From an uncultured delta proteobacterium (lineage in GTDB: Bacteria > Myxococcota_A > Polyangia > Polyangiales > Polyangiaceae): a DNA stretch of 64,000 nt. Of this stretch, positions 19,226 through 30,640 are shown piece by piece. A model generated the notes under the pieces. The model worked only from the letters and a program-made list of their open reading frames with translations, had not been told where the DNA came from and did no database searches. Position 1 is the stretch's first letter. Every line of letters begins with the position of its first letter. The position numbers and the translations under genes are program-made. The stretch is from the NCBI GenBank assembly GCA_963850305.1, contig CAWKKR010000011.1, forward strand, positions 224,001 through 288,000, read 5' to 3'.

Positions 19226-21166
19226 TCAGCGTGGCCCGCAGTCGGCGCAGTCCGTGCCTTTGGCGCAGACGGCGGTGCTCGAGCCCTGGCCACCGTCTTC
19301 GCAGATGCCGTTGTTGAGGTGCCCGGTGCACGTGTCCTTGCACGTGCCGTACCCGCTACAATCCGTGCCCTCCCAGGAGCACGCGCCGTCGCAATCGCAG
19401 AAGCCGTCCGATACGTCGGGGTTGGTGTAGCTGCAGTACGAGCTGATGGTGACTCCGTCGCAACGCGGACCGAACGCACCGATGCCGCAGTCGTTCTTCT
19501 CCCAATCGCACCAGCCGCCGCAATCGCACGTGCCGTCGTTGTCGAGACCACAGGGATTGCCCGGCGCGCAGCACGCGCTGATGGCCGTTCCATTGCACTT
19601 GTTCGCGGTCACCACGCAATCCTGGGGACCCTTGTCCCAGGCGCAATCGGAGCATTGACAGGAGCCGTCCGCTATCTCGCCCCAGTATTCGCCGCCGGTG
19701 GACGTGCAATCGTAACCGGTGGAGCCGTCGCACGGGATCTGACCGCGGCCGCCGAGACGCGGACCGCAGTCATCGCAATCCGTGCCGAACGCGCAGTCGT
19801 CCGTGTCGGCATTCGAGCCGCCGTCGTCGCAGGAACCGTCGTCGTGAGACGGGCAGTCATCCGAGCACAAGCCGAGACGAGGGCCGCAATCCGTACAATC
19901 CGTGCCGAAACCACACGACGAACCAGTGGAGCCCGTTCCGCTGTCCTCGCAGCTGCCGTTCTTGGCGGTGCTGCACGAGTCGTCGCACAGAGAGAAGCCT
20001 CCGAGCTGCGGGCCGCAGTCCGTGCAGTCCGAACCGAGCGCGCAGTCCCCCGCGCCGCCCGAAGTGACATTCCCGTCGTTGCACGTCCCGCTCTTGGCGT
20101 CGTAGCACGTGTCCGTGCAGAGCCCGGCGCCATCGGTCGTGCACGTGGCACGACCCGAGGCGTCCTTCACGCAATAGGAAGTCCCTGACTGCGTGGCGGG
20201 ACAGTCGGCATTGGTCGTGCAGAGCGGGCGACAGATTCTCGGTCCGGCGCTGGAGTTCGGCGCGCACACGTTGCCCGAGCAGCAATCGGAGTCGACGTCG
20301 CAGGTCTCATCCGTGACGCGGCACTTGGCGCTGCACGAGCTTGCATCCGGCGCACACGCGCCCCGCCCGTTCGTGAGCAGCACACAGCACCCTGACGCGC
20401 AGTCACGATTCGTTTCGCAGAACGCGGTGCACGTCGCGCTCGTGGCGCCCGAGAACGTCACGCACGAGCCCGATCCAGACGTTCCGGAACAACAATCCGA
20501 ATTCAGAGTGCACGTGTTTCCGGCCTTCTTGCAGCTGGGTGCCGTGCAAGAGCCGGTGGTCGACACGCCGACTTCCGTCGGATCCACGCAACCGAAGTTG
20601 GGTCCGCCAACCGGGTCGAGCATCAGCCCGCAGGTGCCGCTTCCGGGCCGGCAGCATCCCTTCAGCGTGTCGCCGTTGCCGTTCGCGTCGTCGCAGTTCG
20701 AGTTGAGCTTGCCGAACTGATTCGGCTCCACGCACGAGATCACGCCGAGCGCGACCGTCTCCAGACCGCAAGCGGTCTTGCCCGCACCCGCGCAGCAGGC
20801 TGCAAGCGTGACGGCGCCGACGGCACGGTCGTGACACGTGGTGGTGCCGCACTTGATCCCCGGCAAACTCGCGTCCGGTTGTCCGCCGTCCGTGCCGCCC
20901 GCGTTGCCGGTGCCGCCATTGCCACCCCCGCCGCCATCGACGACCGTGCCTCCGTTTCCGGAAGAGCCGCCCGCTCCCGCCGTGCCGCCGCGGCCGCCTG
21001 CCGAAGAGCCTCCGCCGCCACCCGCCGCGGACCCGTCCACGCCCGAATCCGGGCCTCCGGCGCCGTACGACAGAAACTTCCGGTTCGGAATCGAAGTGCA
21101 CGCGACGCCGACACCGAAGAAGGTGCCGAGCACGAGACAGATCACGATGGGGGCGCGCTTACTCAT
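19226..21166 (-). CDS. Cys/Gly-rich repeat lipoprotein
   Basis: GVAC lipobox, Gly linker, four C-x-D-x-C...G.C.D.G...C..G[ST]DC.DCGP units and three DG.C.C..C.W...DC units. Confidence 0.8.
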   Translation of the reverse strand: MSKRAPIVICLVLGTFFGVGVACTSIPNRKFLSYGAGGPDSGVDGSAAGGGGGSSAGGRGGTAGAGGSSGNGGTVVDGGGGGNGGTGNAGGTDGGQPDASLPGIKCGTTTCHDRAVGAVTLAACCAGAGKTACGLETVALGVISCVEPNQFGKLNSNCDDANGNGDTLKGCCRPGSGTCGLMLDPVGGPNFGCVDPTEVGVSTTGSCTAPSCKKAGNTCTLNSDCCSGTSGSGSCVTFSGATSATCTAFCETNRDCASGCCVLLTNGRGACAPDASSCSAKCRVTDETCDVDSDCCSGNVCAPNSSAGPRICRPLCTTNADCPATQSGTSYCVKDASGRATCTTDGAGLCTDTCYDAKSGTCNDGNVTSGGAGDCALGSDCTDCGPQLGGFSLCDDSCSTAKNGSCEDSGTGSTGSSCGFGTDCTDCGPRLGLCSDDCPSHDDGSCDDGGSNADTDDCAFGTDCDDCGPRLGGRGQIPCDGSTGYDCTSTGGEYWGEIADGSCQCSDCAWDKGPQDCVVTANKCNGTAISACCAPGNPCGLDNDGTCDCGGWCDWEKNDCGIGAFGPRCDGVTISSYCSYTNPDVSDGFCDCDGACSWEGTDCSGYGTCKDTCTGHLNNGICEDGGQGSSTAVCAKGTDCADCGPR

Positions 21167-21189
21167 GAATCACTCCGTCAAAAGGAATC

Positions 21190-22290
21190 TCAGAATTTAC
21201 CGCTCAGGCCGGCGGAACCCACACCAACCCAGGGCACGACCGTCGTGTTCGTCGCGGAGGACGAGTGCTTCGGCGTGGCGAACAGGAGCGCGATGCCGGT
21301 TGCGACGCCGGCACCACCGAGGACGAAGCTGACGATGGAAACCGTGCGGTCGGTCCGCGCGGAGCTGTCGAACGAGTTCACTCTCGACGCATCGGACGGC
21401 TGGCACCAGTTGCTCTGACCGTCAGGGCCGCCAAAGTTGCAGAGCGCGTTCCCGTCGTGCACCTTGCTGGTCTCCTCGAGCGCGAACACCGTGCCCAGGC
21501 CGATCCCGACCGCGCCCACTCCGAACGCAACCCACGTCAGCGGCGAGGGCCCGTTGCTCGAATCCGCTCCCGCCCCTGCCGGCTGCACTCCCGGTGCATA
21601 CCCCACGGGGTAGGGCTGCGGCGTCGCCGCAGGAGCCGCGGGCGAGGTCGTTGCGGGCGGGTTCGCGGACGGGTGCAGCGTCAGCACGACCGTCTCGGTG
21701 CGCCCCTCACCGACAGTGATGGTGCTCACGGCGCTATCCATCCCCTCGGCGACGGCCTCGAATCGGTGATCGCCGGGATCGACTGGATGCGGCACGCCGA
21801 CCAGCGCGGCCGGCACCTGAACGCCGTCCATCGTCACCGTGACCGGCTTCGGACCCGCGCCCTGCACGACGACGCTGACGTAGGGCAAGCGTGGCTCGAG
21901 TGCCGCGAGCTCCTTCTGGGCATCCACCTTGGCCTGCTTCATCGGGTCCGTCGCGGTCGCTGGCAGGTCCTCGTTCGTGATCTTGATGTAGGTCTCGTGC
22001 GCCTTCACGAGCGCGTGGAGCTGAACGTACGACCTCGCGAGGTAAAGAAGCTGCACGTTCGAGTGAACGAGCGACTCGGCACGAGTGAACATATCCACCG
22101 CGTCGGACCAGCGGTGCTCCTGGTACGCCTTGCCGCCCGCGTTCGCCGCGGCGCGCGCTCCCGAAAGCTGGTCGTCGGTCTGCGCCTGCGCGGGGCACGC
22201 GAGAAGCGCCCAGCCCAGCGCGGCAGCACAGGCCCTGCCCGAGAAAGTAAGCGAGCGTCGTCGCATTCCCATGACCTCGGACGATAACAC
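21190..22290 (-). CDS. Secreted TPR + PEGA-like domain protein (myxobacterial type)
   Basis: Signal peptide, TPR helices, VTMDG..VP...PVDPGDH, C-terminal PWVG...GL.GKF; lies downstream of the kinase. Confidence 0.8.
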   Translation of the reverse strand: MLSSEVMGMRRRSLTFSGRACAAALGWALLACPAQAQTDDQLSGARAAANAGGKAYQEHRWSDAVDMFTRAESLVHSNVQLLYLARSYVQLHALVKAHETYIKITNEDLPATATDPMKQAKVDAQKELAALEPRLPYVSVVVQGAGPKPVTVTMDGVQVPAALVGVPHPVDPGDHRFEAVAEGMDSAVSTITVGEGRTETVVLTLHPSANPPATTSPAAPAATPQPYPVGYAPGVQPAGAGADSSNGPSPLTWVAFGVGAVGIGLGTVFALEETSKVHDGNALCNFGGPDGQSNWCQPSDASRVNSFDSSARTDRTVSIVSFVLGGAGVATGIALLFATPKHSSSATNTTVVPWVGVGSAGLSGKF

Positions 22291-22389
22291 GCATCCCCGT
22301 ATTCAAACCCAGCGAACACACCGTACAGACCGCAGCCTTCATGTGGCGGCGCGCCCTGCACAGTGATGACGCAACCCGCTTGCTCCGCC

Positions 22390-22499
22390 CTTGCACGGCG
22401 GCGCCGAGCGCAGCGAGTGGGGTTCGGGCCCCCAAGGGGGGAAGCAGTCGCGAAGCGAGCTGCGGAGGGGTGGGTTACCCCCCTGAACCCAATCCCACG
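22390..22499. repeat. REP-like palindromic repeat, copy B
   Basis: GGGGGAAGCAGTCGCGAAGCGAGCTGCGG core at 22436-22470; flanks TTGCACGG..CCGAGCGCAGCGAG and AATCCCACG are shared with copies C and E. Confidence 0.7.
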
Positions 22500-22507
22500 A
22501 CGCCTCG

Positions 22508-24037
<1,530 letters not shown>

Positions 24038-24182
24038 GGGTTCCGGGCTGTCCTCTGGTGCGATGGTACCTCAGTCCCCGTCGGCCTTCAGAGATTCCGT
24101 CCTGAACGGACGACGAGCGCTTCGTACCATTCCCGTCAGGCGCCCGGGCCTGCGGAGTTGCGAGCTCGGGGCGCCGGGCCCG

Positions 24183-24833
24183 TTACCCCGGACCGCCGTA
24201 GAACGCGATGCGTCCGCCAAGAAGCACGGCGCTGGCCGTCGTGGAGTCGCTGAACTGGTACATGAACTGGAGCAGCGGGCCCGCGCAGAATTTCTTGCTG
24301 ATGCGGAGCGGCTCGTACACGGCACCGAACGTGACGATCGACATGGCGCCGCCCGACCCGACCTCTTGGGTCCCCTTCATCATCTGCCGGCCGCCCGCGC
24401 CGAACTCCCCGAACAAGCCCACGTTCTGCCAGATGCCGCCCTGGTAAAAGAGCGGGAAAGCCTCGACGTGAAGGATGAAGGCGCTGCCGTTCGACGTGTA
24501 GCCGTGGCCCGAGACGGAAACGCCGCTCACGCCGACGCCGAACACGAACCAGTCGCGGAGCGCGGCCCCGAGCCAGAACCCGCCGCCGAGGCCGCCGCCG
24601 AGGCCCGTATCGGTCTCGTACTTTCCGACGCCGATCTTGGAGACGTCGTTCGGGTAAGCGCTGACACTGCCCGTCCCGGCGCCCAGGAACCCGCCCATCG
24701 CGAAGTCCGAGCGCCGCTGCTGCGGCCCGGGGTCGTAATTGCTGGATGCATCCGCGGAGCTCTCGAGCGCCAGGGCAGGCGTTGCCAGGAACGCCGCGAC
24801 GGCGAACGCCGGCAGGCACAGACGTCGCGACAT
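24183..24833 (-). CDS. Secreted protein, probable small outer-membrane beta-barrel
   Basis: Signal peptide, alternating Gly/aromatic beta-strand pattern, aromatic residues near the C-terminus. Confidence 0.55.
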   Translation of the reverse strand: MSRRLCLPAFAVAAFLATPALALESSADASSNYDPGPQQRRSDFAMGGFLGAGTGSVSAYPNDVSKIGVGKYETDTGLGGGLGGGFWLGAALRDWFVFGVGVSGVSVSGHGYTSNGSAFILHVEAFPLFYQGGIWQNVGLFGEFGAGGRQMMKGTQEVGSGGAMSIVTFGAVYEPLRISKKFCAGPLLQFMYQFSDSTTASAVLLGGRIAFYGGPG

Positions 24834-24956
24834 GATGCCCGAGACCTAGGCTACCTCGGGCGAATTGAAAAGAGCGAGCCTTCGCGGCGCCGAGCGCGCG
24901 GCCAATCCGCGCAGGAAATTGGGCCTCGCGAGGAAGCTCGTGCCACGCCGAGACTC

Positions 24957-26285
24957 ATGCCGTCGGCCGCGCGCGCCCGCTCAGTCACCGCGAGCGTGGT
25001 GCTCGCCGCGGTCGCCGTCGGCTGTGGACACCACGCGCCGGGGCCGTCCCTCGCGAAGACCGACGACGAAGACATCGGCATTCCCGTCGTCCCCGTGCCG
25101 AAGGAAGGGGGCCCGCGACTCGGCGCGATCGCCGCGGAGACGCCGATCTTCGACCGCCCGTCGCACCGCGGCACGCGCATCGGCACTCTACGGGCGGGCG
25201 AGACCGTCACCCGCGCCGCCGAGCCGTTCTCGACGCGAGGGTGCGCGGGCGGCTGGTACCCCATTCGCCCCGAGGGCTTCGTGTGCGCCTCGGGAACCGC
25301 CACGACGGACCTCACGCACCCGACGCTGGTCGCGATGGGCCTCGCGCCCGCACGCGACGCGACCCTGCCGTACACGTACGCACGCGCCGCCACCGACACG
25401 ACAATCTACTCGCCCGACCCCACGCACTCGGACGGCGTCATCCCCGTGGACACCCTCCGCGCGAAGAGCGGCTTCGCCGTCGTCGGCTCGTGGACGGCCG
25501 CCGACCCGTCCGGGAAGAAGCTCTCGCTCGCCATGACGACCGACGGCCGCTTCGTCGCGGCGAGCGACCTCGAAGCGGCGAAGCCGAGCGACTTCCACGG
25601 CGTCACGCTCGACGACGACCACCGCTTGCCGCTCGCGTTCGTCGTCAAGCGCGGTGTCCACCGCTGGTCCTTCCACGACGGCGAACCGGAGAAGGGCGGC
25701 CTCCTCGACTATCACGCTCGCATCGATCTCACCGGTCATTCACGGAAGGTCTCCGGCGTGGAGTTCTGGGCCGCCGCGAACGAACAATGGGTCCGGCTCC
25801 GCGACGTCACTCTCATTCGCCCGAGGTCCGAGTTCCCAGCGTTCGTGAAGGACGACCAGAAGTGGATCGACGTCAGCGTGGTGACGGGCGAGCTCGTCGC
25901 GTACGAAGGACGAAAGCCGATCTTCGCGACGCTCGCCAGCGTCGGCCGCGACGGGCTCGGCGCGCCCGGCGGCACCGCGGCCACGATCCGCGGCGAGCTC
26001 CAGATCACGGGCAAACAACTGACCGCCATCGGCCGGGACCCGGGCTCCTTCGTCGAAGGCATCACGATCCAGGATGCGCCGTGGGCGCTCGAGCTCTCGT
26101 CCGGGCAGCTCATCGTCGGCGCGTACTGGCACGACCGTTTCGGCATCGAGCACGGGCCGGGCAATCTCGAGCTTGCTCCCGCGGACGCCGCGAAGCTCTT
26201 CCGCTGGGCGGCTCCCGAGCTCCCCGCGGACTGGCACGGCATCACGAAGAAGATCCCCGACCCGACCCTCGTGGATATCCGCTAG
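24957..26285 (+). CDS. L,D-transpeptidase (YkuD)-family lipoprotein lacking catalytic His/Cys
   Basis: AVGC lipobox, WIDVSV..GELVAYEG.KPIFATL.SVG, GAYWHDRFG; expected SHGC reads GPGN. Confidence 0.8.
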   Translation: MPSAARARSVTASVVLAAVAVGCGHHAPGPSLAKTDDEDIGIPVVPVPKEGGPRLGAIAAETPIFDRPSHRGTRIGTLRAGETVTRAAEPFSTRGCAGGWYPIRPEGFVCASGTATTDLTHPTLVAMGLAPARDATLPYTYARAATDTTIYSPDPTHSDGVIPVDTLRAKSGFAVVGSWTAADPSGKKLSLAMTTDGRFVAASDLEAAKPSDFHGVTLDDDHRLPLAFVVKRGVHRWSFHDGEPEKGGLLDYHARIDLTGHSRKVSGVEFWAAANEQWVRLRDVTLIRPRSEFPAFVKDDQKWIDVSVVTGELVAYEGRKPIFATLASVGRDGLGAPGGTAATIRGELQITGKQLTAIGRDPGSFVEGITIQDAPWALELSSGQLIVGAYWHDRFGIEHGPGNLELAPADAAKLFRWAAPELPADWHGITKKIPDPTLVDIR

Positions 26286-26345
26286 CGAGCGAAGTCGTCA
26301 TGCGGCGGCCCGCACCGCGATGAACGAAACCGATTGCTCCAGCCG

Positions 26346-26508
26346 TTGCACGGAGCCGAGCCGAAGGCGAGTACCGGGGGAGCAGTCGCGCAGCGAGCTG
26401 CGGGGGCGGGCACGCCCCCAGGACGAAACCCCACGCCGGCAGAGCCGTTTCTGGATAGCGAGTACCGGGGGAGCAGTCGCGCAGCGAGCCGCGGCGGCAA
26501 GGCGCCCT
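26346..26508. repeat. REP-like palindromic repeat, tandem copies C and D
   Basis: GAGTACCGGGGGAGCAGTCGCGCAGCGAGC(T/C)GCGG at 26369 and 26460. Confidence 0.75.
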
Positions 26509-26553
26509 TTCCTGGTAGCGCGCCCCGGCCTGACCGGCGATGCTCGCGACATC

Positions 26554-27447
26554 GTGGCATCGGCCTTTCCGCGCATCGACCGCGCCGTGCACCTGCGCAA
26601 GGACACGGGACGTCTCATGGCCGCCCTCGACGCGCAGGGTACCCTCCTCATTCCCATTCATCGCGACAAGAACTTCCTCGCGCCCGGCGTCGAGCCTCGC
26701 GCGTTCATACCGTCGGCGTCGGAGGCTGCGGCGCTCGTCGACGTGGCGAGCGAGATCGTGTGGCTCGGCCGAGCTGGCGACGCGGACTGCTTCGCGCTCG
26801 ACGTCTCGGGACTCGACCACCCGCTCACCCACCCTGCCCTCGCCGGCCGGTGCGAGCTCTTCGATCTCCGCATGATGGGCGGACTGCTCCCGCTGGCAGA
26901 AGCGGAAGCGCTCGCCTACGCGCGCGGCATCCTGAACTGGCACGGGCGTCATCGCTTCTGCGGCTCCTGCGGGCAGCCGACGAAGCCGAAGGAAGGCGGC
27001 CACGTCCGCCACTGCGCGGCCGAGGACCTGAAGCATTTCCCGCGAACGGACCCGGCCGTCATGGTGCTCGTCGCGCGCGGCGACCGCTGTGTCCTCGCGC
27101 GACAACCCGGGTGGCCGCCGGGGATGTACGCGGTCGTCGCGGGCTTCGTCGAGCCGGGCGAGACCGTCGAGGACGCCGCGCGCCGCGAAGTGAAGGAAGA
27201 GCTCGGCCTCCGCGTGGAGGACGTCCGTTACTTCCGCTCCCAGCCGTGGCCGTTTCCGGGCTCGCTGATGATCGGGTTCACGGCCGAGGCCGAGGACGAC
27301 GTGCTCACCGTCGACCACGAAGAGCTCGAGGACGCGCGCTGGTTCTCGCGCGACGAGCTCCGGAACCCGCAAGGCTTCTTCTACCCGCCCGCGTACTCCC
27401 TCGCGCACTACCTGATCCGGGAGTTCATCGACGCTGCGGGGACGTGA
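26554..27447 (+). CDS. nudC: NAD(+) diphosphatase (start uncertain)
   Basis: HRFCGSCG, FPRTDPAV, Nudix box GFVEPGETVEDAARREVKEELG, SQPWPFPGS. Confidence 0.92.
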   Translation: MASAFPRIDRAVHLRKDTGRLMAALDAQGTLLIPIHRDKNFLAPGVEPRAFIPSASEAAALVDVASEIVWLGRAGDADCFALDVSGLDHPLTHPALAGRCELFDLRMMGGLLPLAEAEALAYARGILNWHGRHRFCGSCGQPTKPKEGGHVRHCAAEDLKHFPRTDPAVMVLVARGDRCVLARQPGWPPGMYAVVAGFVEPGETVEDAARREVKEELGLRVEDVRYFRSQPWPFPGSLMIGFTAEAEDDVLTVDHEELEDARWFSRDELRNPQGFFYPPAYSLAHYLIREFIDAAGT

Positions 27448-27489
27448 AGCGAGACGATCGGAGCTCTCTCACGCGCTGACCGGCGCCGA

Positions 27490-27588
27490 TTCACGGCCCC
27501 GAGCGCAGCGAATACCAGGGGAGCAGCCGCGCAGCGAGCTGCGGGGGCGGGCACGCCAGGCACGCCCCCCACCAACCAATCCCACGCC
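27490..27588. repeat. REP-like palindromic repeat, copy E
   Basis: GGGGAGCAGCCGCGCAGCGAGCTGCGGGGGCGGGCACGCC at 27518, with flanks as in B and C. Confidence 0.7.
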
Positions 27589-27701
27589 GCTACTCGTCGT
27601 TTCGAAACACCCTGGTAAGACTTTTGACTACGCGGGGGCGCGTACGAGGCGCGCAGGCTCGCCCATTGTAGGGGGGCGTCCCGAAGTCTAATCTCCGCGC
27701 C

Positions 27702-29585
27702 GTGGGACTGGAGCTGGCGCCGGGTTCTGTCATCGCTGGGCGGTACCAGCTGGAGCGCCAGCTCGGTCAGGGGGGCATGGGGGTCGTCTGGTCCGCGATG
27801 CACACCGTGACGCGCAAGAGGGTGGCGCTGAAGCTCATCAAGGGCTCGGTCCATCTCCGGCCGGAGCTTCGAGCCCGCTTCCTGCGCGAGGCTCGCGCCG
27901 CAACCGCCGTGGAGCACCCGAACGTCCTCGAAGTGCACGACGTGTTCGAGCTCGACGATGCGACGCCGGTGATGGTCATGGATCTGCTCAAGGGGGAGAC
28001 CCTCGCCCAGCGTATCCATCGCGAGGGCAAGCTGTCCCTCGCGGATACCGCGACCGTCTTCGTGCAGGTCGTCTCGGGGGTCGGCAAGGCGCACGCGGTC
28101 GACGTCGTGCATCGAGACCTGAAGCCGGACAACGTCTTCCTCGTGCAGACGGGGAACGGACCGTCGTCGGTGCGGATTCTCGACTTCGGCATCGCCAAGC
28201 TCGTCGGCGCCGACGACCCGGCCACCGAGAGCGGCGTGATCACGGGCACAGGAACGATGCTGGGCACGCCCTGCTACATGTCGCCCGAGCAGAGCTTCGG
28301 AGAGAAGTCGATCGATTGCCGCACCGACATCTGGTCGCTCGGCGCCATGCTGTACGAGTGCTTGACGGGGTGCCGGCCCGTGGAGGGCGACAGCGTCGGT
28401 CAGGTGGTGAAGCGGCTGCTGAGCGACGGCATCACGCCGATCGAATCGATTCTCCCCGAGCTTCCGACCGACGTGGTGCAGGTCATCGGCCGGATGCTGA
28501 ATCGCGAGCGCGAGCGGCGCCCGCAAGACCTTCGCGAGGTCGTCCGCGTTCTGGCTCCCTACGCGAGTGTCGGCGCGCCGGAGTTCGGGCCACCCGGGTC
28601 CGAACGCATCGCGCAGGGCACGCTCCCGGCCGCGTACGCGCACGAACAGCAAGCGGAACCGGCGCCGGCGCCCGCCCCCTATCGCTCCTCGCTCGGACAT
28701 ACCTCGAGCGTCGACTCGTCGCGACCGCCCGGACCCGCGTCGTTCATGGCCAGGGTGACGGCCGTCTGCGCGGTCGCCGCGATAGCCGCCTCTGCCGCAG
28801 CCTTCCGGTGGCTCAACACCTCCGAGACGCCGCCCTTGTCACGGTCGGTCGAATCGACGCCGCTGCTGGCCACGCAGGTTCCAGCGATTGAGGCCCCGGC
28901 GGCGACGAAGTCTCCCATCGCCGCGCACACGTCCAGCGATTGGCCCGCGGGGCGCGGCTCCGTGCCCCGCTCGTGCGCCGAAGTTCGCAAGCTCACGCAC
29001 GAGGTGGAGGACGGCACGTACAAACTCGACGTGGACGGCGCGGGGCCCCAGGCTCCTTTCTCCGTCTACTGCGAGGGCATGAGCGACCCATCACGGGAAC
29101 CGGCGGAGTACATTTCCCTCGCCCGTGGGGCGGCCAGCGGCGACCGGGACGCGAACTCCACGACCTTCGTCTGGTCGGGTGGAGCCTGCCATTGTCCCGA
29201 ACTGACGAGGCGCTTCACCAAGGTGAGGATGGACCCCGTGACGATGACGGTGGACATCTCCGACGGACGGTTTGCCAGGTACACGCGGGCACGCGCGTGC
29301 GAGCACGCCGACCAGAACCACTGCGGCGCGGCTCAGGACCTGTCCTGGGGCACGGCGGGGAGCTGCCGCGCCGACAGGGACACGAGCGGTCGAGGGAACA
29401 TCGACCTGCGCGACACGCCGTTCTCGGTCGCGCCCGACGTCGAGTTCGAGGCGACGGGCCACGGCGCCGCCGGACACGCGTCGTTTTCTTCGGAGCGCAA
29501 GGTCGTGACCCTCGTGGGAGGGGGCCGGTGCGGTTCCCTGGTGCCCGGCACCGCTCCGGCGCTCCACCTGTCCCGAGACCGTTGA
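27702..29585 (+). CDS. Transmembrane Ser/Thr kinase with extracytoplasmic GON-like domain
   Basis: Intact kinase motifs (GQGGMG, HRDLKPDN, DFG, YMSPEQ), TM helix, then PRSC.EV..DG.Y..VYCEGM..PAEY..FTKVRMD..D.RFA..TAGSC..IDL.DT..GG.CG. Confidence 0.85.
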   Translation: MGLELAPGSVIAGRYQLERQLGQGGMGVVWSAMHTVTRKRVALKLIKGSVHLRPELRARFLREARAATAVEHPNVLEVHDVFELDDATPVMVMDLLKGETLAQRIHREGKLSLADTATVFVQVVSGVGKAHAVDVVHRDLKPDNVFLVQTGNGPSSVRILDFGIAKLVGADDPATESGVITGTGTMLGTPCYMSPEQSFGEKSIDCRTDIWSLGAMLYECLTGCRPVEGDSVGQVVKRLLSDGITPIESILPELPTDVVQVIGRMLNRERERRPQDLREVVRVLAPYASVGAPEFGPPGSERIAQGTLPAAYAHEQQAEPAPAPAPYRSSLGHTSSVDSSRPPGPASFMARVTAVCAVAAIAASAAAFRWLNTSETPPLSRSVESTPLLATQVPAIEAPAATKSPIAAHTSSDWPAGRGSVPRSCAEVRKLTHEVEDGTYKLDVDGAGPQAPFSVYCEGMSDPSREPAEYISLARGAASGDRDANSTTFVWSGGACHCPELTRRFTKVRMDPVTMTVDISDGRFARYTRARACEHADQNHCGAAQDLSWGTAGSCRADRDTSGRGNIDLRDTPFSVAPDVEFEATGHGAAGHASFSSERKVVTLVGGGRCGSLVPGTAPALHLSRDR

Positions 29586-29592
29586 GTCGCCC

Positions 29593-30640
29593 ATGCCGCT
29601 GCCCACGACCGTCCACTTTCGACCCCGCGCGCCCCGTGAGGTCCTCGTTGCGCTCTCGGTGGCCTGCGCCGGGCCTCTCGCCGGGTGCAGCCCCGACCCT
29701 CTGGATTATGCCGCCGATGCCTCGTCGCTCGCGCCACAACGTGCCGCGGTCGACGAGCCCTTGCAACCGCTGCAGCCGGGCCCCGCCGTCGATCCCGCTC
29801 GCGCCCGGATCGGCGAAGCGCTCTTCTCCGATCCGTCGCTGTCGGGAGACGGCACGGTGGCCTGCGTGACGTGCCACCCCCTCGACCGAGCCGGTGCCGA
29901 TGGTCTGACGCACTCGCGCGGAGTCGCCGGCCACGAGACCGCGCTGAACACGCCCACGATCTTCAACTTACCATTCTTGTTCAGATACAACTGGAGCGGG
30001 GCGTACACGACCCTCGAAGAGGAGTTCGACGCGCCGGTGACGAAGACCTTCGTCACGACGTGGCCGGAGATCGAGCGCAAGGTTCGCGAGAAACCGGAGC
30101 TGACCCTCGAGTTCGCGGCGGCATACTCCCCTGGCGGCGTCTCGATCGCGAACATCAAGGACGCGCTGGCGAGCTACCTCGAGACACTGATCACCCCCGG
30201 ATTCTCGCTTCGACGCGTTCCTGCTCGGCGACCCCGATGCCCTGTCCGTCGCCGAACGGCGCGGCTACGCGCTGTTCAAGGACCTCGGCTGTTCGAGCTG
30301 CCACCAGGGGACCGCCGTGGGCGGCGGATCCTTCCAGAGGTTCGGCGTCATGCAGGACTACTTCGAGGGGCGCACCGGTCCGGAGCCGCTGGGCGCGTCC
30401 CTCGGCCGCTTCAACACGACCGGCCTCGCCTCGGATCGCTACGTGTTCCGGGTCGCGAGCCTCCGGAACGTTGCCGAGACGGCGCCGTACTTCCACGACG
30501 GCTCCGCCGCGACGCTCGAGGACGCGGTGTCGACGATGGGTCGCGTCCAGCTCGGCGAGGAGCTGTCCAACGACCAGGTCGGGCTGCTCGTCGACTTCCT
30601 GGACTCTCTCACCGGCACCTTCCACGGGAGCCCGCTTTGA
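29593..30640 (+). CDS. Di-haem cytochrome c peroxidase (CcP/MauG)-like lipoprotein; 1-nt indel near 30198
   Basis: LAGC lipobox, LF.DP.LSGDGTVACVTCH, NTPTIFN, second haem CSSCHQG, FRV.SLRNVA.TAPYFHDGS, M..VQLG. Confidence 0.85.

Noticed and set aside
26955..27040. NudC zinc finger missing its fourth Cys
   Set aside because: The Zn site is variable in NudC homologues, and the catalytic Nudix and SQPWPFP motifs are intact.
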